Shown here piece by piece: positions 13,301 through 25,300 of a stretch of DNA of 64,000 nucleotides. The notes below the pieces were generated by a model, which saw only the letters and a list, made by a program, of their open reading frames with translations, searched no databases and had not been told where the DNA came from. The stretch is from Paragordius varius (taxonomy: Eukaryota > Animalia > Nematomorpha). Positions within the stretch are counted from its first letter, which is position 1. Every line of letters starts with the position of its first letter. Location: NCBI GenBank assembly GCA_964247055.1, contig OZ176053.1, positions 11,780,001 to 11,844,000 on the forward strand, in the 5' to 3' direction. The position numbers and the translations under genes are program-made.

Positions 13301-16300
13301 AACATTTGGCATTTATATTTTGACATATTTTAAAACCCTTAAGAAAACGCATCAATACCATAATAACGATTTTGAATAATCTTGCTTAATTTTTTGAAAG
13401 TATAGGTTGTAAAATATTTTGCTGTTAGGGCCGAGGTATGACTTTTAATTTTATATTTTCAGTTTAAAAAAATGTTTGGGGGGATGTTTAAAGACAAAGT
13501 TAATTACCGTTTTGTTTTATAATTTAAATAAAAATAATAACCATAATTTTGGTTAGGAATTCATCTGATATTTAAACATTTTATCATAACTTTAACCAAA
13601 TTTTTTGAACATTTATGATAAAAGTTTATATATTTTGACCGACTAAGCCCCAAAACCACCATACAATTCATTATAAATTATTCCAAATGTGTGATATAGA
13701 TGTTAAAGAAGAAACCTCTATGATTAATGAAGAGCACGAAACAATTATTGAAGAAAAAATGCCAAAACTTGTTAGTCCGCTACCACCTATATCAGTATAT
13801 TTTCATTTTTTTAATTGATTTAGATAATTATGAAGTATTCTTATCGTTTATCAATAAAATATTATATTTAATTCCAATATTATAGAAATATATATTCATA
13901 TAAATGCGCTAAATCTATAAAAATTTATAAATAATAACCAAACTTTAAAACTTTTCTTTATTAAAAGCACCAATATCAACTTCAGTTGAACACAAAAAAT
14001 ACAATTTACATTAAATTACAATTTTTTTAATCAATTAGATAATAATTAATATTTTTGGCTATGTCTCTCAGGTTTCTACGGGTCTAACTGCAAAGCTAAG
14101 TTGTGTAATTAGATCTAAGCCTCCAATCCCTCAAATCCGTTGGTATCGGGATACCCAACCAATCGTTGTTAAAGAAAGCTCAAGTGAAACTACCACAACA
14201 ACGGAAACTACGCTAGAAGAAGAACATACATTAGTTTATGAGAAGTATGAAATGGATTACGAGAAACCAACAGGGAAAATTACGTTATACATCAATGATG
14301 TGCAACCTGAAGATCAAGGCTTATACACATGTAAGGGTATAAATGAAAGTGGAGATGTGTCCTCCTCCACATACCTTCAAGTTCATGGTAAATATATTTT
14401 TTGTTATAAAAAAAGAAAGATATTTAAAATTAATTATTTAAATTATATCTCTGCACATCTTTAATTGCTTGCTTAACATCAAACCCTAAAAATGTATTAT
14501 TATTTACATAATAACTTTTGCTATCATATAACGTAAAAAACGGTAAATTTAAAATCTACATACGAAGTTCAAACTTGGGGAAATATTTGCATAAAGGCCA
14601 TAATTTAATGAAATTGAGGTATATTGTCCTATAAAAAACCAGAGTCAATAAAAAATCGATTAAATATAAAAATCGATCCATGAATCCTATTGCAAAAAGG
14701 CTTTGTCTTTTGCAATAACAAAATTTTTATTTCAAAAAACTCTAATGATAATTAAAAAAAAATATTATTATATTAAATTATGGGTAATTTTGGTCTGCCC
14801 CGTAATGGATCCTATCTTTTTTGAAAAATGCGTTTGAACAGTATTATTTTAAGTCATAATACCCCCGTCACATGTTGAAAATTTATGAGTAAAATATTGA
14901 AATACACTCATATGTTTAACCGCATATTTTATTGCATTCTAATTATTTATTACGATAAATGCAGAAATAAACACATAAAAACCATTTTTGACTGAAACTC
15001 TGGCGAGATATTTATAACTTGGTGAGGAATGTTGCAGACTCTAAATCTATTATGTTTACATTTTTTATTGAAATATATGCTTATTTAAAGTAGGCTTATC
15101 CAAATATATATTTAATATTACGGTTGTGCATTTGACTATTTTTCAAAAAAGTCCGGTCAAGACCGTGGTCATGACCACTTTTTACTTAAGAATATATCAT
15201 GTGATATTGGAGATTGTGAAAATAATGCTGAAACTTGCATTTCACTAATAATGTCATATTTTATTTTAAAAGTTTATATTATACATATTTTATATGTATT
15301 ATTTACAAATATATTGACTCAAATTTATTTGTTTTTGCCACATGTTTGTGGCCTTTTAAATCTTCAAATACATACTTTTATTACCGGATATTCAAAAAAA
15401 AATTACCTAGTTTGCGTTGCACTTTCTTTTATTAATGAATTAATATTCAAATATAAGATGTTTTTCATTTTATTGGTTCACTTATATGTGTGACATATTT
15501 TGCACAGGCTTGATTTTACGAAATAATTGGATATGCTTTTAAATGCTAAAGTTATAAGGATGCATGTTAACAATTTTCAATATATTGTTATATAAGCATA
15601 TTTAAATATCGATTATTTAATATATTTAAATATTTAATTTAATATAAAAAACAATAAAATCTTACTATCTCTCTTTTAAAAAAATTACTTGCAATTTTTC
15701 AAAAAAAAGCAGGTTTTTTTTAATGACCATGGTCAAAAAATAAATAGTCACTGACCTGGTCATGACCCGGTCAGCACAACCCTATTTAATATTAATTATA
15801 GTTAATCATTAAATAAATTTTGCGTTTATTACTAAAGATGTTCATACTCAAACGGAAAATATCATAGAAGACAAGAAAATAGCGCCTTTTTTAGCGGAAG
15901 AAAAAATACCAAAACTGATAAGCCCATTACCACCTATCACGGTATGTATGTTAAATTTCGATGTAACTAATATGTGGCATGAAGATTAAATTACTCTGTG
16001 TTAAGCTGGTTACATTGGCTATTTATATTTATATTAAAACAATAAATCCTATACATTTATACGATCATTTTTCAAAAAAGGTTCTCTGTATTAATGACTT
16101 TTAGGTTCCAGAAGGTGAAACGGCAAAACTTACATGTATTATAAGGAGCAAACCACCCATTCCTCAAATTCGGTGGTACCATGATTCCCAACCCATTATG
16201 GTGAATGAAACAACTAAAACAACTAACGAGGAAACGGTAATGATAACTACGGAAAAATATGAAATGGGATATGATAAACCCAGTGGAAAAATAACTCTGT

Positions 16301-19300
16301 ACATACATAATGTTCAACCGCAAGATCAAGGACTTTACATCTGTAAAGGAGCTAATGAAAATGGGGATGTTTCCTCATCTACTCACTTACATGTCGAAAG
16401 TATGTCCTTTGTGATAAGACGAATAAATAATATAAAGAATTTTAGTTTGGTGGCAAAGTTCAAAAGGCTATGTGAGGATATATTTGTTAGTCATAGGGCT
16501 AATTAAATTTGATTGATTCGAGAATTTAATGGTTATATTTGAAAAGTTGGATACATTCCAATCTTAATCACTTGGGTAAACAATTTGAAAAGCCTATATA
16601 AAACAATTACAGTAGCGTGGTAAAAAACAACAAATGGTTGTAAATAACCATTTTTTCCCTATAATTTCATTTGTGTGATTAATTTTCGACTAACATTGCT
16701 TTTTACCATACGCCACTGTATTACATACTAATTGTTATAAATAACTATAAATATTTTTGATATAACATTCATAATTTAAAATACGACAGTAGATTAAAAT
16801 TTATCTAGTTTCCAGCATTCATTTAGCTATTCAAAAAAATAAATATTGATTATATTATTTAAGTACATTATATAGCATTATAACGACAAGAGATGCCATG
16901 TAAAAATCAAATCAAAATTTCAATCTAAAATTTAATTATTAAAGGTGATAACTTCTTATAAAAAAATTATTTACAAAATTTTATGTAAATAATATAGAGA
17001 AACAAACCATAACAACCATAGACGAAGAACTTGAGTCTAAAATGGATGAAGTTATTGTTTTGCCCGAAGAAAAAATGCCCAGATTAATTAGCCCTTTACC
17101 ACCAATTACAGTATATCAAACAAACATTTTTTATATTATCAAAAACCTAAACTTTTTAGCCGTTTTATGTTATGTGATGATTAAAGGTTTCGGAAGGAAA
17201 GACCGCCACGCTAACTTGCGTGATAAAAAGCAAATCGGCTCCACAAATACGATGGTATCATGGCCCAAGGCCCCTAAATTTGTCGGAAAGAACGATCGTC
17301 GAAACGGCTGAAAATACTGAGGAAACATTTTACAAATATGAAATGGATTACGATATGACAAGTGGAAAAACCATACTCTACATTCGTAACATACGACCGC
17401 AAGATGAAGGTTTATACACATGCAAGGGCGTCAATGAAAGCGGTGAAGTCACTTCAACCACCTACCTAACTGTTACAAAAAGTATATTTCTCTTTTAAGC
17501 GCGTAATTGACATTCACACATGTATAATAAATTGACAATATTAAAGATGAATTCAAAATACTGTTATAATTTTGAAATATATTATTTTTTTGCACAGATA
17601 AAATTGAAGAGACAATCATCGAAGAATCTGAATATAGTGAGATTATCCGAGTAAGTTCAGCTTAAATATCCTAAATTAAGAGTTTCTTTCAAATTACTGT
17701 TTTCTTACTAAACAAAAGGATTAATTATAATTAATTATTTTTAAAATATTTACAATCTATTTATTTAGTTATAAAAATTATTTAACCAATTCCAAATGGT
17801 TAAAAATCATTGTAAAATATAAAAATTAGAACGAATCATCTAGCCCGGATGTTGTTGATAGTTATCATCAAATTTCCTCGCCAGAGACCCCGCGAAAAAA
17901 GTTGCGTGGAGATTTGGAAGTGACAGTGGTTATTGAACCGACTGAAACGGAACTCATATATGAAAAACCGATTTCCCCTCAATTAATAACGCCTTCTCCA
18001 ATACAAAGCCTTGTTGAAGAGACTATTACGGAATCTCATGAGAAAAAACATCAAAATTTTGTTGAAACGATTTTGGTAGAAAAATCGAGTTTACCTTCCA
18101 TACCAATTGAATATGTGACTTATACGGAGCCTGAACCGATAAATGTGCTAACGAAACAAATTACTGAAGAAACACAATATGTAATTGAACGACATGTACC
18201 AGTGGTATATAAAACACATTTTAACCATTTAATAGCCAAGATTAATGTGACCAGATAGGATGTTTTTCGCAGTACAGTACTGGGTTTTCAGCCTGTATAG
18301 CGCCCACTATTGTACTGCTTTTTGAAATTGAAAAAATTTAATTTTTTAAAAATATTCATTAATTACCTTTTATTTGAAATTCATTTTAGAATTTAATATA
18401 GGACCCTTTGTAAAAATAGCCCCATAATTTGTAAAGAAATGGTTCATTTTACGGTAAAAACTAAGATTGGCCTATTTTTAATTGGTTAATAATTTATTTT
18501 CTGCTCGAATTATACATATTGGGTTTTGGATCGGTCAAACTGCTTAGGATTGCAGCCTTTCGTGCAGTGGCGAAACTATAAATCCCCACTTCACCGTAAG
18601 ATTCAGGCTAAAGGCTTTTTCACTCATGGCTTTCGCAAAAAGAGACCTAAAAATTCAATATTAATAAAATTAATTTATGATAGTTTAATAAATATTTGAT
18701 CAGGTTAAGAAAGTTCATTTTTTGTTTAAATTATCAAATGGGAAATAGAAAATTGTATTCCCGCATATTATTCAAAATTTATTACATATGGCATATGATT
18801 TTGAAATAACGTGTTTTCGTATTAAAAAATTAGTTTTTTACGTTTTCTATACTAATTTGGTGGTAGAGATGATATTTCTTATTTTTTTCCTAAACTTTAA
18901 TTTTTATTAGTTTTCTTATTTTTTACATAAACAAATTTGAGATACTTTGTTGAAGCGTACTTCAAACTTTTTGAAGAATGATGGAAACGGTATAACGCTA
19001 TAATATATAATTAAACCCTTTTTCTAAATAATTCGATGATGTTGAACATTACTATAGGTAATTTAAAGGTTTGCTTTCTTGCATTTAAAATTTTTTGTAA
19101 AACACAATAATTCTGAGTGAGGAAACCGTTTATATCGTTTCCATCATGCTGAAAATAGTATGAAGTATGCTTCAACAAAATTTTGTTAAAAAATAGATTT
19201 AAGTATGCATTTTTTAAAAATATAGATATCAAAATTTAGCTTATATTTAAAATTATTACACAATGTCGGAATTTTTGCGTTTTCTTTGGAGAACAGTTCA

Positions 19301-22300
19301 TTTTAAAAAAGCTAAAAAATTTGGGACTTTCAGAGCTTACATCCAACAATTTAAAAAATTTTAATATAGTTTTGCTTTTTATGTATGGTTTATATATTTT
19401 AGTGATATTTTTTGAAATAAAGCACTTAGCTTTCACCAAAAAATATATATGAAAAAATTGCGCACCTTTTGCAATTTTATACGGAGCACCTACCACAAAA
19501 GTGTAAATAATTTTCTTTAATAACTCGTAAAGGTTAAAAGCGCCATGATAATCCTGATATTTTCCTATCATATATATTTCATCAGGATATTTTTTTGTGG
19601 AAACTTTGTAATATACCACACCGATGGTGTAAAAACAGGCAAAGTATGTTTTAATTTTGTACTGCGTCCTTAAAAATATCTGGTCACATTAGCCAAGATT
19701 ATTTGATATATTATAACAAAATTTTAATATAACAAAATTAAACAAAATCATATTGTTTAAACATGGTATTTAATCCGTTTAAAAACTAAAATTTTTAAGG
19801 AATAGGCTAAATTAGTAAATACATATCTATTATGCATATTTTTTATATATCTTCAAGGAACGGGAATACGCTGTTCTGCATTCACCGTATGTGGTGAAAC
19901 CATTACAAAACATAAAAGCAATGGATGGACATTCGGCATGTTTTGAATGCGTAATTATTGGCCGTCCTGTCCCACAAATAACATGGTACCATGGGACTAA
20001 ACAGATAACTGAATCTAAGGTCATATATTGATTAATAAATAGCAAATTTATATAGCCCAAATCTGATATAATATAAATATTTGCCCTTAAGTGGTCTGAT
20101 TTGGGCGATCTTATAATTTAATATGGTATCCATGGGTCGGTGTTTAGCGTTTAATTTTTGTCTTACAAATAATTTTTCGTAGTAAGCCGTAATATATAAG
20201 TGAGAGAAGTTTATTACAATTATAAATTATAATATAACTAACTCATTTCTATTACTCAAAATAATTGTTAATTTTTAGACTATGATATATTACTAAATTT
20301 TTATTTTTTTCGCAACAAACCATATCATTTACATATGTTAAATTTTGAACTGGTATTAGGTGACAGTGGGATTCAAGAATTAGACCTTAAAATATCTACT
20401 ATTTAATATAATTTTATCTAAAACAGGATATATAATTTAATTATGTAACCGGTTAAAATGTGAATATGAGTAGTTCTAATTAAAAAAACTATTAATAGGA
20501 ACTAATGATCCGTTTATTTCAGATAATATTCCTATAGTATCAATATTATATTTTCATCTATTTCCAGATTATTGATTTAATATTTGAAAATAGGAATTTC
20601 AAACGTTGCAAAGATCTGATGGAACATGTCTGTTATTTATACCTGAAGTATTTCCTGAAGATGAAGGCGGGTATACATGTCGCGCAGAAAATAGCGAAGG
20701 ATTTACGGAAACCTCGGCAACTTTGAAAGTTGAAAGTGAAAATTATCCTTTTTACTCATTTATTAAAAAATTAAAATATAATGTAATATTTACTTGTCCG
20801 GGGATGACAGTTGATCAAAATATGCAGCTTAGTAGCATAAATCTACGCTTAACATACGACGACCTAACCATTATGCTACCACGCTTTAATTTAGAAACAC
20901 CAATTAAATTATTATTATCTATTGTTTTATGTAGGATAATGTGTTATTCTTTAATTGTTGTTCGTTTTAATCTACTAAAATCTGGATGAAAATTGATATT
21001 ATTCGTTAACTTATTAAAGAAATCAAAACCATTATCAAACACAGCGACAATTAGTTTCATTTTTAAATAATGGGTAAAAAAAGCTTATTTGAGTTCAATT
21101 ACATGCGCATTGTAGGAACTTTGGTGTTTGTTATATTTTTACTTAGATTATATAAACACTTAACTAACTCTAAATTAATAGAATTTTCATACCTGGCTGA
21201 TCGTGAAGAGGCATCCACAACTCAAACATACACGCGGTCTAAACGGTCAAGAGATTGGTCCGATGAAGTCGAAATACCAATTTATTCCAAACGAACTGAA
21301 GTTAGCTACGAGGATAATACCTATGCCCAAGTATCTGAGGAAGAGTTAATCAAAGACACGGAAGAAAAACATTTACCCGAATTACCTAAGTCTGTTTGAT
21401 TTATAATAGAATAAGGGCTTCAGTTGTATATAAAATTTTAGTAAGAAACATTTTAACTTTTCATCGACGATAATATATTAAAGTCTGCCTTGATTGAAAA
21501 ATTCATAATCTTTAAATTTATATTTATCACCATTACTTCCACTATGTGTTAAAATCTTATATAATTTCTCTTATCTAAAATTTGGTGTCGCCTTAATGGC
21601 TAACCTACCTCAGAATTTTATTAAATGAATGGGGTTAAAACTTAGATATGGATTAATTCTTAAATTGTTTTATGTTTAATGAATATCAGTAGGTAAACCA
21701 TTATATTTTCAAAAAAATTATTACATAGTTATATTTTACACAAATAAAAACACGTTTATTTCGATGTTATAGAGACACTTATCTTCCTATTGTAATCAAA
21801 ACAATCTCAGCCCCTAAAACTGAATTCGTATCATCTTCAACAAGCGTAGCTGAATCAACTTCAACCACGAAAACGTACCAGGATGAAATCTATGAAACAC
21901 ATATTGAGCGCAGACCTTTGAGATTTTCGCAACCTCTTCCGACTCATATCATTGCACGAGAGAAAGATACCCTAAAATTTAGAGTTGTGTGTCCTTCCGA
22001 TCATGGACCGCTAATTCAGATAACTTGGTACAAGGACGGCAAATACATTCAACCTGATCAAATTTTAAGCGAGGCTGAGGAACGTAGTCCTACAACCTCT
22101 CCATTCCCTACCCGGGATATGTCGGAAAGGAACAAAGTCATAATGAAAACTATTGTTAATGTACACAATGAAACTGAAACAGTATCAGAATTGGTTGTTC
22201 GAAATATCGACACTATGGCTCAAGGATATTATGAATGCCAGGCGGAAGATGGATTTGGAGAAAAGGCGACCACTGGGACACATCTTACAGTGTTTCCTGA

Positions 22301-25300
22301 GGAATCCTACATAAAAGGTAAGGTGATCATTAAAAAAAATTGTAAATCTTCCCCATTATGTGAATCAGATGGTGGAAACCTGAAATTTAAAAGTTATTCT
22401 GAGTGCAGTTTTATCGTAAAAGATAATGATTACAATAAAAAGAATTCCCTCCTAACGACACACGATATTGTGGAAGTTGTTGACTCACCCGAGTCCTATT
22501 TATCGTCTGTCAAGTTGGTTAAAGATTTGCCTAAATTTAACGAAGAGGCATCAGAACTTTCGGATGCAACGATGTTTGAACCCAAATTTACAATTATAAA
22601 AGCACTAATTATTTTAAGCTTAAGTGTTGCTCTTTATTTATTTTACGCTTATGTACCGCCAAAATTGGTTTAATTACCAGATATTTGACATATGTTAAAT
22701 CAACAAATATAATTTATTTGATGCTTTTTGAGATCAATACAATCACAATTTCAAAAATAAACATTATTTGCATGTATAACGATTTGATATATGTAATAAA
22801 AATTGTAAGTAGGGTTATAGGTTTAGCATTGAGATGAGGAATTTAAATATTTCGCATAAAATGAGGTCCAATTATGCTCTTTTTAGGAATCGAAGTGATT
22901 GATTTAAGCTTAAGTTACCTATATAATAAATAAATATTATTAGATATTATGTTTTTTGAATGCATTAAGGACAAAAGTGTCCAACACAAATAGGTTCATT
23001 CAAAAAATAAATGGGCATTAAAACATAGTGTATTAGTTTTCAAACATAAAAATTACTAACACAATTAAAAACTATTTTTTTACCAATTTTTGTTAGTTCA
23101 CGCCAAAATTAAAGTACAAATGTTTGCGAAATATCAATTTTATTAAGATTCATATAATAAATAGCAAAAGAATAGAATTTACTATTTTAGTTTCACAATT
23201 TTTCCTGAGCCGCACAAAATATATCGGGCGCTTACCCCTGATTCAGGATGAGTTTTCCTAGTTTGTACGCTGTTATCGGCATTATTTTCCCAAATATTTA
23301 GATAATAAAAAGGGCAAATTTTGGAAAAAATGTACAATTTTTTGAATATTATTTTATGTAGAAACTGTCCAAACAGTGGAAGAAGGAATGGATGTTGAGA
23401 TAAGCATTTTTCTAAGCGATTTCAATCACATATATTTGCCCGTTGAATGGACATTTAATGATAAACCATTATCATCGGATTCCAGCGTTACACCAAACAT
23501 TGAATATGTTGGCCTGCCAGGTGACAGCTCCCCTGAAAGAAAACTTGTAATACGATCCGTACGTCAAGAAAACTCTGGGGTATACAAATGTACCATAGGA
23601 GATATCACCACTCAAGCCACTTTAGATGTCATCCCATGTATGAAATAATCCATTTTTTATTTTTGGACCTATTTATTAGAAGTATAAAATAGGAAAGACT
23701 TATATTTCATTTCAATATGACAATAAAACCATCATCAGCTTATCTATTATGTATTAAAAAAGTTGTAATATTTAACAATGTAAATTTTAATATGTTGGTT
23801 TTAATCTGTTTTATTCGTTTGATACTACATGACTAATGGTTCAACATTATTGTAATATCGATACGTTTACTAACAACTTATTTTCAAAATGAATAGCAAA
23901 AAAGTTATAATTTTGATTTTACGCTAAAATATGCAACCATTCTAATTAAATATACGATAATAGAGGTATTTAAAATATTTGGGTGCTATATGATCTTTTT
24001 CTTACTGACATTTTCCAAATTTTAAAATAAACTCTTTATTTAACTACTTTATTTAACATCCATATTTTAATAATATCAAAATATAATTGGTCTTTAAATA
24101 TATGAAGGATTTACCAGTCCCTCAAAAAATGTTCCGCGTGTTACTAAAAAAAAGGCATATTTTATTGTTAAATAAAAAAAATTATGGTTTCCCCCGTTCC
24201 ATAGTTTATAACCGTAGTAATAGAATTTTAACATTTATATCCAAATATATCCATTTTTCAAATATATTAATTTTAACCCCAAATATAAAAAAGTCAACGC
24301 TTCCAAATAAATTTGAATCATGGCTACACCTCGGAAAATTTAGTTAATTAATGCCCGTTTATGCCGCTATAATTTTGTTATACTTAGCATACAGACCATA
24401 TATTGTTTTATTATTTGATTTTCAATGCATATCCCATAGAATATGGCATCCACCATTTTTTAAATTATAAAACAATAGAAAGTTATGATTTCATTTTTAA
24501 ATATTATTTTTTGTTTCACACCAGGCTTGCAAACAACTACTGGTACCGATGAATATAGCTCCAATGAAATAAGGAGAGATATAGAAATTGGTAAAGATGT
24601 TGAAATTACACTCTATTTTTCGAATCGATCTCAAACCCCAAATTTGCGATTAACCAAAAATGGCGTTCCTCTCGTAACAGAGGTTGTGTCCCAAGCCCCA
24701 TTGAATGCTCACACTTATATGTTAGCTTCTTCAAATTATCAAGAAAATACTGTCAAAATTTTTATACAAGATTTCAATGAATCCAAACAAGGGATTTATG
24801 AAGTATTTGATGAGCAGGAATTTACACTGGACCAACGTAAACCAATTAAATCCACTCAACCAGTCCTAACATTGCATTTATATGTTGATAAGGGTATGTG
24901 TGATGCCTTGATATTCATTATATTTTAACAAATTTTTTACTTGTGTTTTTTTTAACTTGGTTATTCTCAATCCTAATGGATTCGAATGAAATAATAAATA
25001 TGGTTTATATAAACTTTAAGCGACATATTAGCCCCCTTTTGTGCGACAACTTTTATTGCAAAAAATTCGCCGAATATATAATCAAATCATAAGCAATATA
25101 TATTTAAACAACCTTCAATATCACAAAATAGGTTAGGATAAAGCTCATGCAAATTATTAGTATTACAGTAAAAACCAATGTAAATTGGGGCCACAATTTT
25201 TTCTATGCGCCAAAAAGATGTTTAAGCTAACATATTCCTTTTAAATTATATCTCTGCCTTTAATATTAATTAAGAATCAAGGATAATGTAATGAAGGCAC

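Noticed and set aside
19011-19619. Minus-strand ORFs of 73 and 127 aa
   Set aside because: TTG/GTG starts, low-complexity intronic composition and no recognisable domain.
22587-22673. Canonical KASH domain in the hydrophobic tail
   Set aside because: Metazoan KASH has ~30 luminal residues ending PPPX. Here only ~6-8 residues follow the helix and they end PPKLV, so it is kept only as a generic tail-anchor candidate.
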